Positions 45,927-53,937 of a stretch of DNA of 64,000 bases are shown here, one piece after another. The notes below the pieces were generated by a model. It saw nothing but the letters and a program-made list of their open reading frames with translations. It had not been told where the DNA came from and searched no databases. This stretch comes from an uncultured Elusimicrobia bacterium (GTDB lineage: Bacteria; Elusimicrobiota; Elusimicrobia; Elusimicrobiales; UBA9959), in contig CAIQNV010000064.1 of the NCBI GenBank assembly GCA_903873295.1, positions 29,049-93,048 on the forward strand, read 5' to 3'. The translations under genes and the position numbers were made by a program. Each line of letters opens with the position of its first letter. Position 1 is the first letter of the stretch.

Positions 45927-47084
45927 CTACGGATACAGCCTGGTCTGATATTTCGGCGTCGGGTTCGGCCACACGCAGTTGTTGCCGTCCGAGGTCAGCT
46001 GCGGACATTGCGAAGTGATCAGCGCGTGCACGCAGGGCCTGCCCGTTTCCGTGCATTTGCCGATGACATTAAAGTCGACGTTAAAGTAGTTAGACGGGGA
46101 GTCCCAGCCCTGGTAGACGTCGAGCCCGTCGCCGAATTTTTTAAGTTTATCGCTGGTGATGGTCGCCAGCTGGAAGAGGCCGTCCGGGGCCATGCTGGTC
46201 ATGTCCATGGGCGGGTTGGTTTTGCCCAGATAATACGGGGGCAGGGTGCCGCCGGTGAAAACTTTGGCGTAAAACATTATTTTCAGCGCGTAATGCATGA
46301 AAAAATTATGGCCTTTAACCAGCTTGTTGGCGTTAAAGCCGCCGCTGCTGAAAACCCCGTCGTTCCCGCAGCCCTGCGGGTTGCTCACGCAGTCGGGGGT
46401 ATTGGCGTTAAGGTAGTAGGATTTGCGGAAGAAGTTGAAGCTTTCGGTGAGGCGGTCAAAAACCGTCCACTGAGATTCCTCCACCGAGCCCAGCAGACTG
46501 TAAACCTGCGAATAAAACTTGTAATAGCCTATTGCGGTGCCCCATTCCAGCATGATCTTGACGCCCTGGTCCTGCGTAATAAGCTCGTACACCGCCTTGT
46601 CCTGCTTGGAGGTAGGATTAGTGACGAACTCCGGCCTGGCGGTCTCGTCGAACGCTATTTCCCATTTTTTCTTGTCGTCCAGGGAAGAAGGCTGGGACCC
46701 TTTCACGTCGTCCTTGGACTTGGGAAAGGCCCCGGCCGCGTAAAGCATGTCGTAAGGGCAGATCTCTCCGGAGCCCGAAGCCATCTGCAGCGGCCTTTCC
46801 GGCGGGCACTCGTAGGCTTCCTTGAAGATCCTGTAGGGAAAGGCCCCGTTGACATAGGCCGTGCGGTTCAGGAGGTTGGTATAATCGCCCATCTGTATGA
46901 AGGCGGCCGAGTCGACCGCGAACTGCTGGCGTATTTTTTCGCGCGAGACCTTGGTGGTCTCAAAAAGCAGGTATACAAAAAGCAGCAGCGACGGGATTAT
47001 CAGCAGCGAGGGAATAAGTATCTGCCCGGCCCGCGCGGCGGGCCGCCATACCCCCGCTGACTTTTCTCCCTTCATCTTTTTCAT
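45927..47084 (-). CDS. TadG-like (Tad-domain) pilus-assembly protein, 385 aa
   Basis: The N-terminus is ...ARAGQILIPSLLIIPSLLLFVYLLFETTKVSREKIRQQFAVDSAAF. This is a G-Q plus hydrophobic helix followed by an L-x-x-A-x-D-[AS]-A-A-like segment, as in TadE/G-like N-terminal domains. It sits between flp and the tadE-like gene. Confidence 0.5.
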   Translation of the reverse strand: MKKMKGEKSAGVWRPAARAGQILIPSLLIIPSLLLFVYLLFETTKVSREKIRQQFAVDSAAFIQMGDYTNLLNRTAYVNGAFPYRIFKEAYECPPERPLQMASGSGEICPYDMLYAAGAFPKSKDDVKGSQPSSLDDKKKWEIAFDETARPEFVTNPTSKQDKAVYELITQDQGVKIMLEWGTAIGYYKFYSQVYSLLGSVEESQWTVFDRLTESFNFFRKSYYLNANTPDCVSNPQGCGNDGVFSSGGFNANKLVKGHNFFMHYALKIMFYAKVFTGGTLPPYYLGKTNPPMDMTSMAPDGLFQLATITSDKLKKFGDGLDVYQGWDSPSNYFNVDFNVIGKCTETGRPCVHALITSQCPQLTSDGNNCVWPNPTPKYQTRLYP

Positions 47085-47122
47085 AAGTTCCGCTCATCCG
47101 CCACGCCGGCCGCTTCCCGCCC

Positions 47123-47386
47123 CTATGTCGGCTTTCCCGCGCCTATTATCATGCCCACCAGCGTGAAAATCCCGCCCAGGATCCGACGGTGGAACAGCAC
47201 GGCCATCATAGAGGCCATGCCGGCCACCACGGCCAGCATAAGCAGGTACTCCACCGTGGTCTGCCCGCTCCGGCGCGCCGGCGAAGGCGCCCGCGGGCAG
47301 GGCAGCGAATAGAAAGCAATCTCGCCCCGGCGGTAAGCCCGCCGCAGGCATGCTTTCAACCTTTCCAAACCAGCCGTTTTATCCAT
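47123..47386 (-). CDS. flp: Flp-family type IVb pilin precursor, 87 aa
   Basis: The processing motif RRSG/QTTVEYLLMLAVVAGMASMMAVLF fits the Flp G/xxxxEY motif plus hydrophobic helix; the predicted mature peptide is 46 aa. Start ATG 47384-47386 is preceded by GGAGGTTG. The longer track ORF (to 47599) runs through an intergenic repeat. Confidence 0.75.
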   Translation of the reverse strand: MDKTAGLERLKACLRRAYRRGEIAFYSLPCPRAPSPARRSGQTTVEYLLMLAVVAGMASMMAVLFHRRILGGIFTLVGMIIGAGKPT

Positions 47387-47425
47387 CAACCTCCGCCATA
47401 AAAGGCGCCGCTCTCTCGACCTAAT

Positions 47426-47454
47426 GTTATACCACCAAAAACACCCGGATTCAA
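47426..47454 (-). promoter_or_regulatory. Sigma70-like promoter candidate for flp
   Basis: On the minus strand: TTGAAT (complement of 47449-47454), a 17-nt spacer, then TATAAC (complement of 47426-47431). It lies ~40 nt upstream of the flp ATG. Confidence 0.35.
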
Positions 47455-47508
47455 GCCTTGGGAGGCTGACGGGGCGGACCGGGTTAGCAAAACCTTCTTG
47501 AGCCCGAG

Positions 47509-47580
47509 GCTTGCGTAAGCGCCGAGGGCGAAAGATGAGGGAGGCCACGGGGTGGCCGACCGCGTTTTGCGTTCCGGCCC
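47509..47580. repeat. GC-rich intergenic repeat, copy B
   Basis: The sequence is gcttgcgtaagcgccgagggcgaaagatgagggaGGCCACgggGTGGCCgaccgcgttttgcgttccggccc. It is homologous to copy A at 45185-45311. Confidence 0.75.
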
Positions 47581-47665
47581 GCCCCGGCAGCCCGCTCATG
47601 GAACAAATAAATCCGCAAAGATCCGCTTATAGTATAACAGAACTGTGTTGCCTTATTATTAACCT

Positions 47666-47687
47666 GAAAGTTGCAGTTGCAACTTTC
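47666..47687. promoter_or_regulatory. 22-bp near-perfect palindrome (candidate protein-binding site or small hairpin)
   Basis: The sequence is GAAAGTTGCA-gt-TGCAACTTTC, with perfect 10-bp arms. It lies between the terminator of the LuxR-type regulator gene and the flp promoter candidate. Confidence 0.35.
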
Positions 47688-47852
47688 CGCCCGCATAGCG
47701 GGCGCCCTTCGGGAGGCATACACCTCGTCGGGCCGGGCGCGCATAGCGCTGGGCCCTCCGCCCGCTTCGCGGGGAATCCTGCAGGAATAATTCTGTCAGC
47801 CTGACTTGTCTATGGAAACCGCTTCCAACTGCAGGATTCAGGTTAACGCAAC

Positions 47853-47888
47853 AAAAAACGGCCGGCCTTCGCAGGACCGGCCGCTTTT
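47853..47888. terminator. Bidirectional intrinsic terminator downstream of the LuxR-type response regulator gene
   Basis: The sequence is aaaaaa-CGGCCGGCCttcgcAGGaCCGGCCG-cttttg. It is a GC-rich stem of ~10 bp flanked by an A-run and a T-run. On the minus strand it reads hairpin plus TTTTTTG, about 20 nt after the stop at 47904. Confidence 0.7.
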
Positions 47889-47903
47889 GCTGGAAGGCGG
47901 GTC

Positions 47904-48578
47904 TTACCTGCCGTCTTCCGGCGAGATAAGGCCCTTCTCTATCGCCCTCACCACGGCCTCGGTGCGGTTGTTCACTCCCAGCTTCTGGAAGATGCTGTTA
48001 AGGTGGTTCTTGATCGTCTTAACGCTGCAGCCCAGTTCAGCGGCGATCTCCTTGTTGCTCTTGCCCTTGCCCAGCAGGGCCATCACCTTTATCTCCGTGG
48101 CGGTCAGCGCGTCCGGGGCGCTGTCGTAGCCGGGGGTCCCCATCTGGCGGAGGCCCTGGATCAGCTTGCCCATTATGGGCTGGGGTATCATCACGCCCTC
48201 GCTGTTGAAAGTCCTCAGCGCGTGCACCAGCTCGGAAGCCGGGAGCATTTTGGAGAGGTAGCCGTTGGCGCCGGCCTGTATGGCCTCGGTCACATGGGCT
48301 TCGTCTTCGTAGCCGGAAAGGATGAGCACATTGGTCTGGGGACATTCTTTGCGTATGATGCGGGTGGCGGCTACGCCGTCCATCTGCGGCAGCTTGATGT
48401 CCATGAGGATGACGTCCGGCTTAAGCTTCTTGGCCATGGCGACCACTTCAGGGCCGTTCGAGGCCTCGCCTACGACGGTTATGCCTTTTTCGTCCTCAAG
48501 CAGGTCTTTGATGCCCTCCCTGAAAAGGGTCTGGTCGTCGGCTATCAGCACTGTCACATTTTTTTTAGAAACCGCCAT
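47904..48578 (-). CDS. NarL/LuxR-family response regulator (REC + HTH), 224 aa
   Basis: I moved the start to ATG 48576-48578, preceded by AAGGAG. REC motifs: VLIADDQ, PDVILMDIKLPQMDG, NVLILSGY, GANGYLSK. The C-terminal LuxR HTH reads LTATEIKVMALLGKGKSNKEIAAELGCSVKTIKNHLNSIFQKLGVNNRTEAV. Confidence 0.9.
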   Translation of the reverse strand: MAVSKKNVTVLIADDQTLFREGIKDLLEDEKGITVVGEASNGPEVVAMAKKLKPDVILMDIKLPQMDGVAATRIIRKECPQTNVLILSGYEDEAHVTEAIQAGANGYLSKMLPASELVHALRTFNSEGVMIPQPIMGKLIQGLRQMGTPGYDSAPDALTATEIKVMALLGKGKSNKEIAAELGCSVKTIKNHLNSIFQKLGVNNRTEAVVRAIEKGLISPEDGR

Positions 48579-48677
48579 AGTTATGCTCCTTGTAACTGCA
48601 GTTAAGGTTGAGGCACAGGTAAAGGCAGCGTTAGGAATCTGCGGTTCCCGTCCCGGCATCTCCACCTTCACCTTTAC

Positions 48678-49829
48678 CTACACCGTCCCCTTCAGCGCGT
48701 CCGCGGGGGGCGGCTCCTTGGCGAAGGGGATGGTGAACTTGAAAGCCGAGCCCTTGCCCACGCCCTCGCTCTCCACCAGTATCTTCCCGTCATGGCTCTG
48801 CACTATCTCCTTCGAGATAGAGAGGCCCAGTCCCAGGCGCCCGTGCGGCGACTTGCCGCCGGCCGGCTGGTAGAAACTCTGAAAAAGCTTCGGGAGCACC
48901 TCGGGGTCTATGCCCTCTCCGGTGTCCTTGACCGACACGCAGACCGAATCTTCCAGCGGGCTCACGTAAACCGTTATCTTGCCGCCGCGCTGGGTGTGGC
49001 GGATGCCGTTCTCCAGCAGGTTGAGCAGGACCTGGCCGATGCGGCGCTTGTCGGCGCAGACCATCTTGAGGCCGGGGGAGACCTCCGCGGTCACATCGAT
49101 ATTCTTCTGCTGGGCGCGGGCCTTGGGGCCCACTATCATCTCCAGCACCATCTTGTCCATCTCGAAATAGTTCTTCTCCATGCGCAGCTTGCCCTGCTCT
49201 ATGGAAGCCCAGTCCACCAGATCCCCTATCAGGCGGGAGATCTGAGTGATGCTGGTGTTGATGAAGTCCATCTTCTTCTTCTGGTCGGGGTTGGGGCTGA
49301 GCGTGGCGGCCAGCATCTCGAAGCTTATCTGCAGCGTCATCAGGGAATTGGAAAGATCGTGCGAGGCCATGGACATGAACTTGGATTTCATGCCGTTGAG
49401 GCGGTCCAGCTCCTCGTTGTTGTGCTTCAGCATGTCTATAAGGCGCTTGTTTTCCTGCTCGAGGTAAAGCTTCTCCTCGGCCTTCTTGATGGAGCGGCGC
49501 AGGTAGTTGAAATCTACGGGCTTAATGAGGAAGTCGTAGACCGATTCCTGGATGGCCCTCACCGCGGTGTCCAGCGACGCGTGGGCGGTCATCATCAGGA
49601 TCTGGCTGTCGGTGTTGAGCTTGCGGATGTCCTTGATGACCTCGATGCCGGTCTTGTCGGTCAGATTGAAGTCCATCAGGATGACATGGAAGAAATCCGA
49701 GACCACCATCTTCATGGCCTCGGCGCCGGAGCCGGCCTCGAAAACCTTATACCCCTCCATCTCAAGAAGGTCGCGCAGGGTCTCGCGCAGATGGGCGTCG
49801 TCGTCAACAACTAAAATTTTACTTTCCAT
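48678..49829 (-). CDS. Hybrid receiver-histidine kinase (REC-HisKA-HATPase_c), cytoplasmic, 383 aa
   Basis: REC motifs: ILVVDDDAHLRE, HVILMDFNLTDKTG, ILMMTAHAS, DFLIKP. H-box: FMSMASHDLSNSL. N-box: LLNLLENGIRHT. G-boxes: VKDTGEGI and GLGLGLSISKEIV. I saw no TM segments. Confidence 0.9.
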   Translation of the reverse strand: MESKILVVDDDAHLRETLRDLLEMEGYKVFEAGSGAEAMKMVVSDFFHVILMDFNLTDKTGIEVIKDIRKLNTDSQILMMTAHASLDTAVRAIQESVYDFLIKPVDFNYLRRSIKKAEEKLYLEQENKRLIDMLKHNNEELDRLNGMKSKFMSMASHDLSNSLMTLQISFEMLAATLSPNPDQKKKMDFINTSITQISRLIGDLVDWASIEQGKLRMEKNYFEMDKMVLEMIVGPKARAQQKNIDVTAEVSPGLKMVCADKRRIGQVLLNLLENGIRHTQRGGKITVYVSPLEDSVCVSVKDTGEGIDPEVLPKLFQSFYQPAGGKSPHGRLGLGLSISKEIVQSHDGKILVESEGVGKGSAFKFTIPFAKEPPPADALKGTV

Positions 49830-49867
49830 AGTATGCGGGCGTCCGCTTAAGGCGCACGCTCTTAATA

Positions 49868-49896
49868 TTTATACTTATTTATAAGCGGAAATACAA
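49868..49896 (-). promoter_or_regulatory. Sigma70-like promoter candidate for the REC-HK / LuxR-RR pair
   Basis: On the minus strand: TTGTAT (complement of 49891-49896), a 17-nt spacer, then TATAAA (complement of 49868-49873). It sits in an AT-rich patch of the 105-nt gap. Confidence 0.3.
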
Positions 49897-49934
49897 GGAA
49901 CTTGGCGAAGGCAGCCTGCCGCCGCCTTCCTCCG

Positions 49935-51839
49935 CTATCTGCCCGGCGCCGCGGGCGGCGGGTTCTGCACTACCGGGATGAAAAATTTGAAGCAGGTGCC
50001 CTGGCCCACCACGCTGGCCGCCTCAACGCGGCCCTTGTGGCGGTCGGCCACCTTCTTCACCACGGCGAGCCCGAGGCCCGTACCGCGCGCCTTTGTGGTA
50101 AAGAACGGGGCGAAGATCTTCTCCAGCGTTTCCTTCGGTATGCCCTGCCCGGTATCCTCCACGTCGATGCGCACCGTGCCGGGGTCCACCATCTCGCTGC
50201 GCACGAACACCTTGCCGCGCTCCGGCATCACTTCTATGCCGTTCTTTATCAGGTTCCGGAGCGCCTGCGTCATTTCGTCGGCGTCGATATTCACCGTCGG
50301 ATTTTCCGGCGCGAAGTTCTTTATGAGCTCGATGTGCGGCGGCACCGGGAAGGACATCGTAAGGTCTTCGAGATAGGAATTCAGGTGCACCAGCTTGGGG
50401 TTCAGCTCCCTGGTGCGGGCGAAGCCCAGGATCTCGTCGATGATGCCGTTCGCCTGGCGGATCTCCGATTCGATGATGGCGATGTGCTTGGTCACCTTCG
50501 CGTCCAGCGGGTTGGTCGCCGCGGCGGCGTTGACCTTGGTCTTTATGAAATAGATGGAGTTGTTTATGACGGCGAGCGGGTTGCGGATCTCGTGTCCCAC
50601 GACGGAAGCCATCTGCCCTATCGCGGCCAGGCGCTCTTTCTTGATCAGCTCGTCCTGCGCGGATTTAAGTTCGCGGGTGCGGGCCTCGACCCGGTTCTCC
50701 AGGCTGCGGTTCAGGCGCTCAAGCTCGTCCTTGGCCGACATGATCTCGGCCGTCTTGACCTTCAGCGACTCGCTCATCTGCATGAACGTGTGCGCCAGCT
50801 CCCCGATCTCGTCGTTGGGCATGCTGAGGTCGGGCAGGTAGTCGAAGTCCCCCTCGCCCAGCTTTATCGCGGCCTCTCGCAGGGCCGAGATGGGCTGCGT
50901 GATGACCAGCGAGACCGCGTAGCCCAGGAACAGCACGAAAACGGTTACGATCAGCATCATGCGCCAGGTGCGCTTGAGCATGTCGTCGGAGGCCGAGTAG
51001 GCCACGGACACCGAGCGCTGGATATAAACCACCCAGCCCAGGTCCGAAACCTCGGCGAAGGCCCCGAGCACCTTCTCTCCGGTGGATTCAAGGATGATCT
51101 CCCCGCCGCCGGTCTTGGCGTCGTTCCTCAGCAGTATGTTCAGGACGTCGTCGGGGAGCTTCGCGTTGGGCTTGTAAATCTCTTTGGAATTGGAATGCGC
51201 TATCAAAAAACCGCTGGAATCTATCACGGCCGCCTGCGTGTGGGTAGTCTCCGGGAAACCGGTCTTCAGCAGGCTGGAAATGGCGGTAAGGCTCATCTTG
51301 GCGAGCACCGCTCCCGCCGGCTGGTTGGTCACGGGGTTTATTATCTGCACCCCCATGGTGATGGCGGGGTAGGAGCCTCTGTATCTTTCAAGCCCGCCCA
51401 CCACTTCGCCGGCGCGCATGACCTTGGTGAACAGCGCGTCTCCTGACAGGTCCCTCATCTTGCTTTCCCGCTCGAAGCGCCCCAGCCGCACCGTCTCCTG
51501 GCCGGCGGCGTCTATCACCGAGATCTCCAGGAACGCCGGGTGCAGCTGCATTATATGGTCGACCAGCCCCTGCTGTTTGCCCGTGTTCATGGAGGCGAAG
51601 TCTTCCAGGTGGGCCGCGTCGTACAGGACGTTGCGGAAATTTATTATATAGCTCGAGACGGTATCGGCGAAGCCGACGGCCAAAGACTCCTGATCGCGCG
51701 AGATAGCGCGGTTAAGGGTAATCTTGCTCAGGTTTACAAGGTAATAGCCGACGATGCCGAGGGGCACGAGCGAAACTATGAGGAAGATGAGGAGGAATTT
51801 GTAGAACAGCCTTCCGCGCTTCCTTGGGACTTCTGTCAT
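49935..51839 (-). CDS. Membrane sensor histidine kinase (extracytoplasmic Cache-like domain, HAMP, HisKA, HATPase_c), 634 aa
   Basis: TM1 is FYKFLLIFLIVSLVPLGIVGYYLV, followed by a ~270-aa extracytoplasmic region and TM2 MMLIVTVFVLFLGYAVSLVI. HAMP: ITQPISALREAAIKLGEGDF...IGELAHTFMQM. H-box: VVGHEIRNPLAVI. N-box: LRNLIKNGIEVM. G-boxes: VEDTGQGIP and GTGLGLAVVKKV. Confidence 0.9.
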   Translation of the reverse strand: MTEVPRKRGRLFYKFLLIFLIVSLVPLGIVGYYLVNLSKITLNRAISRDQESLAVGFADTVSSYIINFRNVLYDAAHLEDFASMNTGKQQGLVDHIMQLHPAFLEISVIDAAGQETVRLGRFERESKMRDLSGDALFTKVMRAGEVVGGLERYRGSYPAITMGVQIINPVTNQPAGAVLAKMSLTAISSLLKTGFPETTHTQAAVIDSSGFLIAHSNSKEIYKPNAKLPDDVLNILLRNDAKTGGGEIILESTGEKVLGAFAEVSDLGWVVYIQRSVSVAYSASDDMLKRTWRMMLIVTVFVLFLGYAVSLVITQPISALREAAIKLGEGDFDYLPDLSMPNDEIGELAHTFMQMSESLKVKTAEIMSAKDELERLNRSLENRVEARTRELKSAQDELIKKERLAAIGQMASVVGHEIRNPLAVINNSIYFIKTKVNAAAATNPLDAKVTKHIAIIESEIRQANGIIDEILGFARTRELNPKLVHLNSYLEDLTMSFPVPPHIELIKNFAPENPTVNIDADEMTQALRNLIKNGIEVMPERGKVFVRSEMVDPGTVRIDVEDTGQGIPKETLEKIFAPFFTTKARGTGLGLAVVKKVADRHKGRVEAASVVGQGTCFKFFIPVVQNPPPAAPGR

Positions 51840-51932
51840 ATAATAAACCCGGCCTTAAACTAACAGGATAAGTATATTATCCCAAAAGCCTGTTACAGAA
51901 TTATTGCGGCCGGAAAGAAACCGCACCCGCTC

Positions 51933-52000
51933 ACCACAGAGACACGGAGAACACGGAATTTTTCCTCCGCGTTTCCCTGTGTTCTCCGTGTCTCCGTGGT
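51933..52000. repeat. CACGGAGA-type inverted-repeat element, copy 1
   Basis: The arms are accacagagacacggagaacac (51933-51954) and gtgttctccgtgtctccgtggt (51979-52000), pairing at 21 of 22 positions with a 24-nt loop. It lies in the gap between the thioredoxin-fold gene and the kinase gene. Confidence 0.8.
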
Positions 52001-52030
52001 TTTCCCGCTCTTGAGTCTTTTAATATGAAC

Positions 52031-53470
52031 TTATTTAGCGCAGCCGGCCGCGGGCTGGCCCGGCGCCGGGATCTTCTCAAAGCCGGGGACCTTGGTCAGC
52101 TCCCCGAGCCCCACCATGAATTGCTTTCCGTTCACCATGAACGTCGGAGAGGTGGTTATCCCGAGCGCGCCCGTAGCCGCGAAGTTGGCGGCCAGGAGGT
52201 TCTTGGCTTCCTCGAAGCCGGAAGTCACCGCGGCGGCGTCGATGCCGGCGGTCTTAGCGGCCTTCTGCCAGTCCGGAGAGGTTATCTCCTTATTGCGCTC
52301 AAGCAGGTAAGCGTCGAACTTGTCGGGGAATTTTTCGGCCATAAAGATCTGCCGGGCGTTCTCTTCCCACTCCGCCTGCCCGTGCAGGCTTGAGAAACCC
52401 CAGGCGCCTTTATCATCCTTCACGGCTTCGCCGATATAGTGTATTTCCACTTTAAGGCCTTCCGGCAGCAGCTTGTTCTTTGCCGCCCCCAGGACCGCGT
52501 TCTCCGCCAGCACGCCGAAAGGGCACTGGCTCATCACGAAGATCTCCAGGGTATTCTTCTTTTCCGGCCGGCCGGCGTAAAGGCCGCTGCGCTGCCTGTC
52601 CTCGTAAACCAGGTAGCCTCCGTTCTCCTTGAAGATCCCCGCCTTTATCTCGCTGTCGAGGCGGCTTTTAGCCTCAAGCGTGGCCGCCAGGATGTAGGAG
52701 GGAACAAATTCAAGGGCGGGGAATCTGGCCGCGCGCTCGGCGGAATCGTAATCGAGCATGGCCGGCTTTATGCCCTCGAAATATCTGTCAAATACGCCTA
52801 CCAGCGCGTCGTTCCTGGCTATGCCGGAGCTGGTGACGACCCAGAAGCCCGGGGGCGGAGGCTTGGGCTTGGGCGTGTAGCCCGCCGGCAGCGCGACGCG
52901 GCGCGACGCGGGCAAAGAGGCGTTAACCGCCTCGTAAAGCGGCATAAGGCGCTGCGAGCCTTCGTAGCGCTTCCCGCCCAGAAAAAGAGCGGTTTCAGTC
53001 ACGCCGGCCGCGGAGGATCTTTTATACGCGTCGGCAAGGGCCGCAACACCCTCGGAAGCCGCGCGTTTTTCCAGCTCGTCCGGATTTATCCCGGCAAAAA
53101 GCGCGGCGTCGCGCCAGCCGTCGGCCGACGGGGTAAGCGAGCGCGCGTTAAGATAGCTGATCAGCTTTCCCTGGTAGGATTTTACAAGCACCGCAAGGCG
53201 GGAGGCCTCGGCCAGCTCCGTCTCTCCGCGGCGGGCGGAAAAAGTTCCGTCGGCGTTCCTGGTCACCAGCGGGTACACGCCGAGCTCGGCCGCGTCCAGG
53301 CGGCGCCTCACGGTGTCCGCCAGGAAGAACCACTGCCAGCCCTGGCCGTCCATGGCTTCAAGATAAAGCTCCATGCGGCCGCCGGCGGGCTTGGCCGCCG
53401 CGGGGGGCTGCTGCGCGAAAGCAGGGCAGGCCAGCCAGACCGCGATCAATAGCAGAGCGATTCTTTTCAT
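52031..53470 (-). CDS. Secreted thioredoxin-fold (DsbA-like) protein with single-Cys CPFG motif, 479 aa
   Basis: Signal peptide: MKRIALLLIAVWLACPAFA/QQ. The C-terminal ~180 aa show a DsbA-like layout: LEIFVMSQCPFGV (active-site position), a helical insert, then ITTSPTFMVNGKQF (cis-Pro loop). An earlier region (ELYLEAMDGQGW ... TETALFLGGKRYEG) looks like a degenerate Cys-less copy. Its start overlaps the stop of the upstream receiver gene (TAATG). Confidence 0.55.
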   Translation of the reverse strand: MKRIALLLIAVWLACPAFAQQPPAAAKPAGGRMELYLEAMDGQGWQWFFLADTVRRRLDAAELGVYPLVTRNADGTFSARRGETELAEASRLAVLVKSYQGKLISYLNARSLTPSADGWRDAALFAGINPDELEKRAASEGVAALADAYKRSSAAGVTETALFLGGKRYEGSQRLMPLYEAVNASLPASRRVALPAGYTPKPKPPPPGFWVVTSSGIARNDALVGVFDRYFEGIKPAMLDYDSAERAARFPALEFVPSYILAATLEAKSRLDSEIKAGIFKENGGYLVYEDRQRSGLYAGRPEKKNTLEIFVMSQCPFGVLAENAVLGAAKNKLLPEGLKVEIHYIGEAVKDDKGAWGFSSLHGQAEWEENARQIFMAEKFPDKFDAYLLERNKEITSPDWQKAAKTAGIDAAAVTSGFEEAKNLLAANFAATGALGITTSPTFMVNGKQFMVGLGELTKVPGFEKIPAPGQPAAGCAK

Positions 53471-53847
53471 TATCTCCCCTTCCTGCTGAGCAGTTGGCGT
53501 ATGCGGATGGACAGCTCCGGGATATCGAACGGCTTCGTCATATATTCGTCGGCGCCCAGGGCGAAGCCCTGCGTTTTCTCCTCCGCGGAGAGGAAGCGGC
53601 CCGTCATCATTATCAGGATGAAGTCTTTCGAGAACTTGCGCAGCTCCTGGCAGATCTGGAAGCCGGAGGAGTCGGGCAGCTGTATGTCCATTATTACGAC
53701 TTCGGGAACGTTCTTTTTGGCGGAGTCTATGCCGGCCTTGGCGTTGCCGGCCTCGAAGCAGGTAAAGCCCTCCAGGCCCAGCACCTCGGCCAGGCTCTCC
53801 CGCAGGTGCGCGTCGTCGTCGATTATAAGAATTTTCTGTGCAGCCAT
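53470..53847 (-). CDS. Single-domain CheY-like response regulator, 125 aa
   Basis: I moved the start to ATG 53845-53847, preceded by GGAGG. Canonical receiver residues are present: ILIIDDD, EVVIMDIQLPDSSG, LIMMTG, DEYMTKPF. Confidence 0.9.
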   Translation of the reverse strand: MAAQKILIIDDDAHLRESLAEVLGLEGFTCFEAGNAKAGIDSAKKNVPEVVIMDIQLPDSSGFQICQELRKFSKDFILIMMTGRFLSAEEKTQGFALGADEYMTKPFDIPELSIRIRQLLSRKGR

Positions 53848-53870
53848 TATTAAAACCTCCATCAAATAAC

Positions 53871-53937
53871 AGGATTAAGCTGTAAGGATTAAGTGATAAG
53901 CAGAGATTCTTTACTTAACCCTTAATTCTTATCACTT
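53871..53937. repeat. TAAG-rich intergenic element, copy 1
   Basis: The sequence is aggattaagctGTAAGGATTAAGTGATAAGCAGagattctttacttaacCCTTAATTCTTATCACtt. It contains the 10-bp inverted repeat aagtgataag/cttatcactt. It is related to 57896-57951 through the shared GTAAGGAT-YAR-G-YGR-TAAGC-RG and CTTAATTCTT segments. Confidence 0.6.
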
